A stretch of DNA of 64,000 nt from Candidatus Coprosoma sp. (GCA_963928595.1 CAWVFK010000025.1:4070-68069); one strand, 5' to 3'. Shown: positions 54,310 to 63,476, numbered from the stretch's first letter. Notes: generated by a model from the letters alone, not told the origin. Made by a program: numbers and translations.

Positions 54310-56610
54310 CTATCTTCCTCCGCAAGAGTTTAGACTTGCGTTTTTTATTCTTTCCATTGGAACGCCTTCGCCTTCCTTACGTCCACATCCTGGACAGAAA
54401 TCACCAATTACACCTGTATATCCACAAACTGGGTCGCGGTCTACTGGGTGATTGATAGCACCATAACCGATACCATTATCATGCATAACTCTGATAATCT
54501 TTTCAAAGGCATCAACATTCATAGCAGTATCGCCATCTAATTCAACATAACTAATATGTCCTCCATTAGTTAGAGCATGGTATGGAGCTTCTAATTGAAT
54601 CTTTTTAACAGCTGAGATATTGTAATAAACTGGTACATGGAATGAATTTGTATAGTAATCTCTATCAGTTACACCTTTTATTTTTCCATAAACAGCTTTA
54701 TCAATGTTAGTAAATCTTCCTGATAAACCTTCAGCTGGAGTGGCAATTAATGAGAAATTTAATTTATATTCTTCAGCATATTTATCGATTCTTTCTCTCA
54801 TAAAGCCAATGATTTTTAATCCTAAATCTTGAGCTTCTTCGCTTTCACCATGATGCTTACCAATTAAGGCTTTTAAACATTCAGCTAAGCCAATGAAACC
54901 AATAGTTAAAGTTCCATGTTTTAATACTTTTCTTAATCTATCAGTTGGTTTTAGTTTTTCACTATCTATCCAAATCCCCTGACCTAATAAGAATGGAAAA
55001 TTATAAATTCTTTTAGAACATTGTATTTCGAATCTTTCAAGTAATTGGTCTTTTACTAAATCCATTAATTCTCCTAGTTCTTTAAAGAAACCATCTAAAT
55101 CAGTTTCCCCACTAACGATTCCATGTTTAATACCTAATCTTGGTAAGTTAATAGAAGTGAATGATAGATTTCCTCTACCTGGAGTAATAGATTTGTTTGG
55201 ATCAACTGAGTTACCTAGGACTCTTGTTCGGCAGCCCATATAACCAACTTCTGTTTCAAAATTATTTGGATCATAATACTCTAAATTAAATGGGGCATCA
55301 ATGAATGAGAAGTTTGGAAATAACCTTTTTGCAGAAACTTCACAAGCTAATCTGAATAAATCATAGTTTGGATCTCCTGGATTATAATTAATTCCTTCTT
55401 TTACTTTGAAAATTGAAATTGGAAAAATTGGAGTTTCGTGATTTCCCAAACCAGCATCGGTAGCAAGTAAATAATTTCTCATTGCCATTCTACCTTCTGG
55501 TGAAGTATCTGTTCCAAAGTTAATTGATGAGAATGGTACTTGAGCACCAGCTCTTGAATGCATAGTATTTAAATTATGAATAAATGCTTCCATAGCTTGA
55601 TATGTTTGTCTATCTGTTTTTTCATAAGCTTTGTCATAAGCTTTTTTAAATAATCTTTTTAGTTGTTCTGAATCTTTAGTAAATGGATCAAACATGTTTA
55701 AATCAATATCAATTGTTTTAATTTTATCTATTTCTTTAGCTACTCTATCCATATTTATGAAATATTCAAAATCAGTTAAATCTAAATAATCATAAATTGC
55801 TTGTTTTAATTGCTTTTTGAACGTACATAAAACACCTGGAGCCATATAGTAATCAAAAGCTGGAATAGCTTGCCCACCGTGTTGATCATTTTGGTTGGCT
55901 TGGATAGCAATGGCAGCTAAAGCTGTATAACTGATAATATCTTTTGGTTCTCTTAGATAACCATGACCAGTTGAAAAACCATTTTTGAACAATTTGCGCA
56001 AATCTATTTGGCAACAAGTTGTTGTACCCATTGGTAAGAAATCCATATCGTGAATATGAATATCACCATTGTCATGTGCTTCAGCAAATTTGGGCTTCAT
56101 TAAATAGGCTTTGGCAAATTCTTTAGAAACAGTTGAACCATATTGAAGCATTGTTCCCATGGCGGTATCACCATCAACATTAGCATTTTCTCTTTTGGCA
56201 TTTTCTTCATAAGAAGATTTTAAGCCTAAACTTTCTAAAGCTTTTAAGAATTTATGTTGTTTCTTTTCACCAAAGAAGACTTGTCTTGAAACATTTCTTC
56301 TTTCACGGTAATCAGCAAATGCTTTATAAACATCTGGATAACCTTGTTTTTGAAGTTCAGCTTCGATTAAATCTTGAATAGCCTCGATTTTGATTTTTTC
56401 TTCATTTTGATATTCTTTTTCAATACGTTTGATAACGGCATTGTAAACTTTATTTACGTCTTTTTCTGAATAACTTTTTTCTTCACCTTTTTCTAAACTG
56501 TCAAAAGCTTTTTTGATGGCAATGGCAATTTTAGTACCATTCCATTCTACCTTCTTACCACTACGTTTGATGACTGTTAAGTAGTCTAATTTTTCTTCTT
56601 CAATTGTCAT
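54310..56610 (-). CDS. nrdD: anaerobic ribonucleoside-triphosphate reductase, large part, lacking the glycyl-radical motif
   Basis: 766 aa with an ATP-cone N-terminus, the class III RNR core and a CPGCG zinc ribbon near the end. It terminates at TAG before any RxxGY motif. TTGACT-N17-TATAAT promoter at 56637..56665. Confidence 0.93.
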   Translation of the reverse strand: MTIEEEKLDYLTVIKRSGKKVEWNGTKIAIAIKKAFDSLEKGEEKSYSEKDVNKVYNAVIKRIEKEYQNEEKIKIEAIQDLIEAELQKQGYPDVYKAFADYRERRNVSRQVFFGEKKQHKFLKALESLGLKSSYEENAKRENANVDGDTAMGTMLQYGSTVSKEFAKAYLMKPKFAEAHDNGDIHIHDMDFLPMGTTTCCQIDLRKLFKNGFSTGHGYLREPKDIISYTALAAIAIQANQNDQHGGQAIPAFDYYMAPGVLCTFKKQLKQAIYDYLDLTDFEYFINMDRVAKEIDKIKTIDIDLNMFDPFTKDSEQLKRLFKKAYDKAYEKTDRQTYQAMEAFIHNLNTMHSRAGAQVPFSSINFGTDTSPEGRMAMRNYLLATDAGLGNHETPIFPISIFKVKEGINYNPGDPNYDLFRLACEVSAKRLFPNFSFIDAPFNLEYYDPNNFETEVGYMGCRTRVLGNSVDPNKSITPGRGNLSFTSINLPRLGIKHGIVSGETDLDGFFKELGELMDLVKDQLLERFEIQCSKRIYNFPFLLGQGIWIDSEKLKPTDRLRKVLKHGTLTIGFIGLAECLKALIGKHHGESEEAQDLGLKIIGFMRERIDKYAEEYKLNFSLIATPAEGLSGRFTNIDKAVYGKIKGVTDRDYYTNSFHVPVYYNISAVKKIQLEAPYHALTNGGHISYVELDGDTAMNVDAFEKIIRVMHDNGIGYGAINHPVDRDPVCGYTGVIGDFCPGCGRKEGEGVPMERIKNASLNSCGGR

Positions 56611-57056
56611 AAGTACCTCCCATATTTTCTAAACTGATTATATACCGCGTTATGATGAGAGTCAATAGTAAATGTTCGTTTTTTTTGAACTTTTTTTCAT
56701 GGTGTTTTACGAGCCTTTATTTTTCAATGATTTTTGCAAAAAAATAAATTTTTGTAAAATTTTACATTTTTGATTTTTTATGTTTTTTAATTTTTTCTAA
56801 CTTTATTTTGTGTGTTTTAATACACGTTTTCCCCTTATTTTTCTTTACTTTATTGTCTTTTTCTTTTGCTTTTTGACATTTTTATTTTTTGTCAAAAATA
56901 CGTTTTTTGATTTTTTTGTATTTTGTAATTTTCTATTTTTTTGATTTTTTTCTTTTTAGAAAATATACAAATGTTTTTAAATATGAAAGGTAAAATGTTC
57001 GCTTTTTAGGTATATAAAATACAAACAAAACATATACTTGTTTAAGGGTGATGTAG

Positions 57057-58274
57057 ATGAAGAAAGTGGCTACTTTAGCAATGACTATTTTACTACTTTG
57101 CGGTTGTGAAAAAGGAAAAAGCGTAGAAAGTTACATAAGTTCGAATGAAGAGTTGGTATCAATTAATTATCCGGTAACTAATATCAATGTTTTGGATGAT
57201 GTGATTAGTAGTTATGTGAATCAAACATATTATAATTTTAAAAATATGGATTCTTCCGTTATACCCGAGCTTAATATTTCCTATACGTATAAGGAGGTCA
57301 ATGACGACATTATAAACGTCAGTTTAAAGACAGAAATAGTAACTGATAAAACTATTAATAAAATAAAGACATTTACTTACAATAAAACTAATAATAAATT
57401 TTTAATGATGGAAGATTTGGTCGATGATTTAACTGGTTTAGATTATGAAATAAAAAAAGAACTCTTAGAAAAATATCAAGATGCGGATATGGATTATCTC
57501 AGCAATGTCAGTTATGACTATTTTACGATTGACGATGAAAATCTGACCCTTTATTTTAATCCAGCAGAAATCAAAAGTAAACACGATGAGTTAATATATA
57601 TCGATGTTCCTTTGGATAGTTTAAAGATGCTGGTGGATATAAATATAAATGAAGGTAAAGACACTTATTTATCTATTAAAAAGAAGAATGTATCAATTGA
57701 TGATAAGGTGGTCGCTTTAACTTTTGATGATGGACCTAGTAAATATACAAATAAAATTTTAGATGTGCTAAAGAAATATAATGCTTGCGGTACTTTCTTT
57801 TTAATTGGCAATAAAGTGGAATTTTATAGTGATACACTTAGGCGAATGCTGGAGGAAGGAAGTGAGATAGGAAATCATTCTTACGATCATAAATTACTAA
57901 CAAGGTTATCCAAAGAAGAATTTCAAGAAGAACTAAATAAAACACAGGAAGCAATTAAAAAGGTTACTGGTTTTACTCCAACGCTATTTAGACCAACTTA
58001 TGGTGGATATACAAATACTTTAAAGAGTTATACTGATTTAAAATTTGTTTTATGGGATGTTGATTCTAGAGATTGGCAAGTTAAAACTAAAGATAAAATC
58101 TTGAAAAATGTTTTACCTAATGTAAAAAGTGGCAGCATTATTTTAATGCATGACAATCATGATTATTCACTTAATGCTTTGGAAGATATGATTGAAAGTT
58201 TAAAAAAACAAGGATATAAATTTGTAACAGTAACAGAACTTTTAGAACTTAAAACTTTAAGGGAAAGTGAATGA
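57057..58274 (+). CDS. polysaccharide deacetylase lipoprotein (PdaC-like)
   Basis: Lipobox LLLCGCE, an N-terminal accessory domain and a C-terminal NodB domain (LTFDDGPS, GNHSYDH, LFRPTYG, ILMHD). Confidence 0.85.
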   Translation: MKKVATLAMTILLLCGCEKGKSVESYISSNEELVSINYPVTNINVLDDVISSYVNQTYYNFKNMDSSVIPELNISYTYKEVNDDIINVSLKTEIVTDKTINKIKTFTYNKTNNKFLMMEDLVDDLTGLDYEIKKELLEKYQDADMDYLSNVSYDYFTIDDENLTLYFNPAEIKSKHDELIYIDVPLDSLKMLVDININEGKDTYLSIKKKNVSIDDKVVALTFDDGPSKYTNKILDVLKKYNACGTFFLIGNKVEFYSDTLRRMLEEGSEIGNHSYDHKLLTRLSKEEFQEELNKTQEAIKKVTGFTPTLFRPTYGGYTNTLKSYTDLKFVLWDVDSRDWQVKTKDKILKNVLPNVKSGSIILMHDNHDYSLNALEDMIESLKKQGYKFVTVTELLELKTLRESE

Positions 58275-58654
58275 CAAATTACGATTTAGAAGAGTCAGAA
58301 CTTATAAAACTACAAATACTTTTATCTTTTGTCTTACTTTTTACCACGATTATATCAATTACTCTATCTTATGACTTTTTACTAAAACTTGAAAAAAAGC
58401 CACCAATATATAGTGAGAAAGAAAGTCTTGATATTTTAATTTTTAACAGAACTATTATGTTTATCGTTGCAGCGCTTTTTATTTATATTAATATTCGCGA
58501 TAAAAATGTCAAAGAAAAATACAACTCTGAAGATGAGTTTGCCGATTTACAAATAGATGCGAGCTTATTTAATTTTATTGCAGCTGCGATTGTCCTTTAT
58601 GTAGGGGTAAAATCTGGAAGTAATATTACATCAGAGGAAAACCCTACAATTTAG
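58271..58654 (+). CDS. hypothetical membrane protein
   Basis: 127 aa with 3 predicted TM helices. Translationally coupled to the deacetylase gene (ATGA overlap). Confidence 0.5.
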   Translation: MTNYDLEESELIKLQILLSFVLLFTTIISITLSYDFLLKLEKKPPIYSEKESLDILIFNRTIMFIVAALFIYINIRDKNVKEKYNSEDEFADLQIDASLFNFIAAAIVLYVGVKSGSNITSEENPTI

Positions 58655-58659
58655 GTATT

Positions 58660-58697
58660 ATTCTTCAAAGATTTCTATATTTTGACAATATGTAAAG
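58660..58697 (+). repeat. copy D of the ~38-nt intergenic repeat
   Basis: ATTCTTCAAAGATTTCTATATTTTGACAATATGTAAAG. Confidence 0.65.
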
Positions 58698-58782
58698 CTA
58701 AAGCTTTTTGTTTATATTAGTGGCTTTTTACTTTATCTTAATAAGATTATTTTATAGTTTATTTTGTTTATTTAATTACCAC

Positions 58783-58821
58783 ATTCTCCAAAGACTCCCA
58801 TATTTTGCGAAAAATGTAAAG
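58783..58821 (+). repeat. copy B of the ~38-nt intergenic repeat
   Basis: ATTCTCCAAAGACTCCCATATTTTGCGAAAAATGTAAAG. Lies next to the rny terminator hairpin GAAGC/GCTTC. Confidence 0.7.
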
Positions 58822-58834
58822 AAAAAAGAAGCCG

Positions 58835-60388
58835 TTATTTAGCTTCTTCGGTTACTCTAGTTTCTCTTACAACAACAACTTTAATTGTACCTGGATATTG
58901 TAAGCTTTCTTCAATTTTGTTTTTAATTTCTCGAGCTACTTTATGACTTTCTAAGTCATCGATTTCTTCTGGTTTAACGATAATCCTAAGTTCTCTACCA
59001 GCTTGTACAGCATAAGCTTTTTCAACACCCTCAACTTCATTACCAATTTGTTCTAGTTCGGTTAATCTCTTAATGTAATTTTCTAATGAATCATTACGAG
59101 CTCCTGGACGAGATGCTGAAATAGTATCAGCAATGGCAACAATACTACTAATAATACTAGTTGGCTCGGTATCACCATGGTGTGATTCAATAGCATTAAT
59201 AACAATTTCGTTTTCACCATATTTTCGAACTAGGTTAGCACCTAATTCGACATGGCTACCTTCAACTTCATGGTCGATGGCTTTACCAATGTCATGTAAT
59301 AATCCAGCTCTTTTAGCGAGAGTTATATTTTCTCCTAATTCACCAGCTAAAAGTCCAGCTAAATTAGCTACTTCTAGTGAGTGTTTTAAAGCATTTTGTC
59401 CATAACTTGTTCTGAACTGTAATTTACCAATTGTTTCTACAAGTTCAGGTTCCATTTTAGTTATACCTAATTCAAACAAGGCATTATTACCGATTTCAAT
59501 CAACTCTGCTTTCATTTCTTTAACCGTTTTGTCATAAACTTCTTCAATACGACTAGGATGAATTCTACCATCTTTAATTAATGTTTCTAGAGTAAGTCTA
59601 GCGATTTCTCTTCGGTAAGGATCAAAACTTGATAGAACTAAGGCTTCTGGGGTATCATCAATGATTAGATCGACACCAGTAACCGCTTCAATAGTTCTAA
59701 TATTTCTACCTTCTCTTCCGATAATACGGCCTTTCATTTCATCATTTGGCAAAGTTACAACTGTAACTGTTTGCTCGCCAGCAATGTCAGCAGCATATCT
59801 TTGCATAGTACTAACTAACATTTCTTTAGAACTTTTATCAGCTTGTAATTTAGCTTCGGCTTCACGGTCTTTGATATATGAAGTTATTTCTAAATTCATC
59901 ATTTCTTCGACTTTTTTCATAATTAGTTCTCTAGCTTGTTTTTTAGTATAGCCGGCTATTTTTTCAAGTTGTTTTAATTGTTCTTCTTTTGTTTCTTCTA
60001 ACTCCAATTGCTTTTCTTGAATCTCTTTTTGCTTAAGTATCAAATTGTTTTCTTTGTCTTCTAACATTTGTTCTCTATTTTGAAGAGTTTGGTCACGACG
60101 ATCCATACTCTCTTCACGTGCTAAAAGACGTTCTTCGGAGTCTTTAATTTCTTGTTTCTTTTCTTTTGTTTCTTTATCTAATTCAACTTTTAATCTATGA
60201 TTTTCTTCTTTAGCTTCTAAAATGCTATCGCGTTTTAATTTATCGGCTTCCTTTTTTGCATTATCAATTAAACTTTGTACTTTTTTGGAAGCGTTCATTA
60301 ATTTAATAGAATTTAAAATTATCATAAAGATAATACCAACAAAAAGACCAATTAAGATCAGCAATATGGAGAAAACAATATTGTTCAT
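58835..60388 (-). CDS. rny: ribonuclease Y
   Basis: N-terminal TM, a long coiled coil, a KH domain ([12 protein letters not shown]) and an HD domain (LLHDIGKA). TTGACT-N17-TACAAT promoter upstream. Confidence 0.96.
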   Translation of the reverse strand: MNNIVFSILLILIGLFVGIIFMIILNSIKLMNASKKVQSLIDNAKKEADKLKRDSILEAKEENHRLKVELDKETKEKKQEIKDSEERLLAREESMDRRDQTLQNREQMLEDKENNLILKQKEIQEKQLELEETKEEQLKQLEKIAGYTKKQARELIMKKVEEMMNLEITSYIKDREAEAKLQADKSSKEMLVSTMQRYAADIAGEQTVTVVTLPNDEMKGRIIGREGRNIRTIEAVTGVDLIIDDTPEALVLSSFDPYRREIARLTLETLIKDGRIHPSRIEEVYDKTVKEMKAELIEIGNNALFELGITKMEPELVETIGKLQFRTSYGQNALKHSLEVANLAGLLAGELGENITLAKRAGLLHDIGKAIDHEVEGSHVELGANLVRKYGENEIVINAIESHHGDTEPTSIISSIVAIADTISASRPGARNDSLENYIKRLTELEQIGNEVEGVEKAYAVQAGRELRIIVKPEEIDDLESHKVAREIKNKIEESLQYPGTIKVVVVRETRVTEEAK

Positions 60389-60518
60389 ATTTTACCTCCA
60401 TACGGGAACTCTCTCCCTAATTCTATTGTAAAGGTAATATAGTGAGAAGTCAAGAAAAAATATTTTGACGATTTGGGCATTCCTTGAAAAAAAGTTAATT
60501 TTGTGTTATGATGTATAT

Positions 60519-60637
60519 AGATGAGAGAAATCTCATAAAATAAGAAAGGGAACATTCAGTTTTGTCTTGCCTGAATGTCTACCCAATTACATTTGTATAG
60601 ACATTTAATTCGTCATGAATTAAGTGTCATTTTTTTA
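60519..60637 (+). ncRNA. putative antisense (antitoxin-like) small RNA, copy 3
   Basis: TTGAAA-N17-TGtTATGAT promoter (60484..60512). Hairpins ATGAGA/TCTCAT (60521..60536) and ACATTCAG/CTGAATGT (60552..60578). Terminator GACATTTAATTC/GAATTAAGTGTC plus T7 (60600..60636). No ORF. Confidence 0.55.
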
Positions 60638-60719
60638 TGGCGATTACCAATAAGGTAAGGAGCAATAAAATGATAGTAACATACCTTAGAACCCTTAGTA
60701 CAAAAGTTCTTTTAGTCAT
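60627..60719 (-). CDS. type I toxin-like small hydrophobic peptide, copy 3 (MTKRTFVLRVLRYVTIILLLLTLLVIAIKK)
   Basis: Not in the ORF track (30 codons). TTGTAT-N17-TATAAT promoter (60785..60813), about 65-nt leader, GAGAGGAGG SD. The stop TGA (60629..60627) lies under the terminator of the convergent RNA. Confidence 0.6.
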   Translation of the reverse strand: MTKRTFVLRVLRYVTIILLLLTLLVIAIKK

Positions 60720-60865
60720 TATTATCAAACCTCCTCTCTATAAGAGATTCGGTAGACACTCAACAACTGATATTCCCTATATAAATTATACTATATAACT
60801 ATTCGTTATACAAGCGGATTTTAACAATTTGTTTTTTTCACAAATTAAAAAGGACATTTATGTCC

Positions 60866-61336
60866 TTAACTTATAGCTACAATTTTAACTTGATATTCAC
60901 CGTTTGGACTAGCAACAGTAGCGACATCCCCAACTTTAGCACCCATGATTGCTTTAGCAATTGGTGATTCATTAGAGATTTTGTTAGCAAATGGATCTGC
61001 TTCTTTAACACCAACGATAGTATAAGTATCAGTGTCGTCGTCGCCAACATATTCTAATTCAACAGTGTTACCAACTGAAACTTTATCGGTTTTAACGTTT
61101 TTAATAACGATTGCTTTTTCAATTTGTTTTTCAAGGATTGCTATACGATTTTCAGTTTCTGATTGTTCATTTCTAGCAGCATCGTATTCGGCATTCTCAC
61201 TTAGATCGCCTAAGGCTCTAGCTTCTTTTAAAGCTTCAATAACTGCCGGTCTTTTTTCCATTTTAAGATATTCTAATTCTTTTTTCATATCTTCTAAACC
61301 TTGTTCAGTTACGTAAACTTCATCTGTATTTGTCAT
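60866..61336 (-). CDS. greA: transcription elongation factor GreA
   Basis: 156 aa with an N-terminal coiled coil (RALGDLSENAEYDAARNEQ) and a C-terminal FKBP-like domain. Confidence 0.95.
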   Translation of the reverse strand: MTNTDEVYVTEQGLEDMKKELEYLKMEKRPAVIEALKEARALGDLSENAEYDAARNEQSETENRIAILEKQIEKAIVIKNVKTDKVSVGNTVELEYVGDDDTDTYTIVGVKEADPFANKISNESPIAKAIMGAKVGDVATVASPNGEYQVKIVAIS

Positions 61337-61396
61337 TGTTTTTCACCTCAGTTTTCTATTTACTCCATAAAATATTACTACATATTTTATGCTTTG

Positions 61397-62578
61397 TCAA
61401 CATATTTTCATCATGTCATTTACACTTACTTTTTTAGGTACTTTTAGGTAAACTATTTGTTTAGGATGACGGACAATATCGATAGGATTTTTATCTTCGT
61501 CATATATGTCTTCGATGGTAAATTCAAAGTCCTTATCAGGTCCAAATATTTCCACTTTATCACCTTTTTTAAAGTAATTTCTTTGCTGTAATTTAGCTAA
61601 ATTTGTTTTTTCATCATACTCTAGTACTAGGCCCAAAAAGTCTTGATTAGTTATTTCTTGTCTACCATTATAGTACTGAACATCTTTTCCAAAATTGCCA
61701 TCGAAAAATTGAGTAATTGAATCGCGGTTAGCTACCCTTCTTAATGTTCCCTCATACTTTAAATTATATTCATATTTTTTGGGATTGTGACAATAATCAT
61801 CAATTAACGTTCTATATACTTTGACAACTGTGGCAATATAGTATATTGAACGCATACGTCCTTCAATTTTTAAACTGTCTACATACATGTTTATAAGTTC
61901 CGGAATATGTTTAGCCATAGATAAGTCTTTAGTACAAAAAGTAAATGGTTTTTCTCCTTGTAGGTGTTGATTTTCATCATATAAATCAAAATCCCAACGG
62001 CAGATTTGACTACATCCGCCTCTATTTGAATCTCTGTTTGTTAAAAAGTTGGATAAAACACATCTTCCACTATAAGAGGCACACATGGCACCATGGATGA
62101 AAACTTCTAATTCAATATTGATACTTTTTTTGATATCAATAATATCTTCTTTAGTACATTCTCTAGCTAAAACAATTCGCGTTACACCTTCATTTTTCCA
62201 GAATTCTATGGCTTCTTTGTTTAAAGTAGAAGCTTGGGTTGATAAGTGAATTTCTAGATTTGTTTGTTTTGCTAATTCAATGACGGCTGGGTCACTGACA
62301 ATAATAGCATCGACACCTATTTTATCTAGATTAATTAAATAGTCTTTTACTTTTTCTAATTCTTTATTGTGCATAGCAATATTGACGGTAACATAAACTT
62401 TTTTGTTTAATTTATGGGCATAATCGACGCCTTCTTTAATTTCATCTAATTTGAAATTATCAGCATTAGCTCTAAGATTAAAAGCGCCGCCAATATAAAC
62501 CGCATCTGCGCCGTATAATAAAGCTATTTTTAATCTTTCTAAATCGCCGGCTGGGGCTAATAACTCTGGTTTTTTCAT
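61397..62578 (-). CDS. peptidase U32 family protein (YrrO/TrhP2-like)
   Basis: 393 aa. LLAPAG ... GADAVYIGG ... HGAMC ... CRW motifs of the U32 family. The order yrrN-like, yrrO-like, greA mirrors B. subtilis. Confidence 0.85.
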   Translation of the reverse strand: MKKPELLAPAGDLERLKIALLYGADAVYIGGAFNLRANADNFKLDEIKEGVDYAHKLNKKVYVTVNIAMHNKELEKVKDYLINLDKIGVDAIIVSDPAVIELAKQTNLEIHLSTQASTLNKEAIEFWKNEGVTRIVLARECTKEDIIDIKKSINIELEVFIHGAMCASYSGRCVLSNFLTNRDSNRGGCSQICRWDFDLYDENQHLQGEKPFTFCTKDLSMAKHIPELINMYVDSLKIEGRMRSIYYIATVVKVYRTLIDDYCHNPKKYEYNLKYEGTLRRVANRDSITQFFDGNFGKDVQYYNGRQEITNQDFLGLVLEYDEKTNLAKLQQRNYFKKGDKVEIFGPDKDFEFTIEDIYDEDKNPIDIVRHPKQIVYLKVPKKVSVNDMMKIC

Positions 62579-62579
62579 A

Positions 62580-63383
62580 TTACTTCACCTTATATATTGT
62601 TTCTCTATAAAGAAATCCTGTTTCCTTCGGAAAATTATTGTCTTTATGATTTCGATAATCTTTTAAAACATTTTGAAAATCATTTTCATCGATAAGATTA
62701 CTATTAAAGACTAAATAATCAATATTACCAAAATCGGTATCTATTGCATTTAAAATATAATCAGAATAAACTGTGGTCCCTAAATTAGTGTCGCTAATTG
62801 GATATATTTTGCCCTCTTTTCTAATAGTATTTTGATTTTTACTTTTTAAATTAAAGGTATCTAAATAGTTTTTAACAAGATGTCTTCTAGAAGTAAACAT
62901 AGGAATATAACCAAAAACATTTACAAATAATTTGGCCTCTGTGTTGTTTTTAATTTCATCGATTTCTCTTTTAGTTAGTTCTGATGAAAGATAAGTATAT
63001 TCGATGCCTTTTTGATACCAATAATTAACTGTTCCATAATTAGTGGAAAGGTGTTCTTGATTCCAAACTAAAGGGGTTTGTAAATTAAGTTTATTTTTTA
63101 TGTTTACTATGGCAATATCGTAAAAAACAATACCATTTACTTTTAATTTATCTACCTCTTTTAAAGTTTGTTCTAATAATGATAGCTCATTATTATGAAT
63201 ATTTTTATTGATAATCACAAAAACTTCTTTATCAAATTTTGTTATTGTTTCAATTTCTTTTAAAGAAAAAGTATTAACATAATTTATACTTAAATCTTTT
63301 AAAGGTACAAGATAGGCGTCAATATAGTCTATTATATTTTGGGCCTCATCTAAATTATTTATTATTGCGGCAATTTTACTCAT
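62580..63383 (-). CDS. peptidase U32 family protein (YrrN/TrhP1-like, shorter paralog)
   Basis: 267 aa, immediately upstream of and coupled to the larger U32 gene. The sequence is more divergent, so the assignment is partly by synteny. Confidence 0.6.
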   Translation of the reverse strand: MSKIAAIINNLDEAQNIIDYIDAYLVPLKDLSINYVNTFSLKEIETITKFDKEVFVIINKNIHNNELSLLEQTLKEVDKLKVNGIVFYDIAIVNIKNKLNLQTPLVWNQEHLSTNYGTVNYWYQKGIEYTYLSSELTKREIDEIKNNTEAKLFVNVFGYIPMFTSRRHLVKNYLDTFNLKSKNQNTIRKEGKIYPISDTNLGTTVYSDYILNAIDTDFGNIDYLVFNSNLIDENDFQNVLKDYRNHKDNNFPKETGFLYRETIYKVK

Positions 63384-63476
63384 ATTACGCCTCCAATCAA
63401 TAAAAGATTATATCAAAAAAAGAGATTTTTTTCCACTTAGGTTTGAACAAATAAAAAAAGTCATAAAATATGACTT

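Noticed and set aside
56671-57010. Phe-rich ORF starting at ATG 56672 (MFVFFELFFMVFY...) and a 4-codon mini-ORF ATG-TTC-GCT-TTT-TAG at about 56994
   Set aside because: The long ORF has no SD, and its composition simply mirrors the T-richness. The mini-ORF has a GAAAGG SD but is too short to support without data. The repeated AAATGTTCG motif is recorded in the finding for this spacer.
56611-57056. NrdR boxes upstream of nrdD
   Set aside because: I looked for paired ~16-bp ACACwAtATaTwGTGT-like palindromes. The only weakly similar sites (AAATATACAAATGTTT at about 56961 and AAACATATACTTGTTT at about 57028) are more than 300 nt from the nrdD promoter and next to the other gene. This was not convincing.
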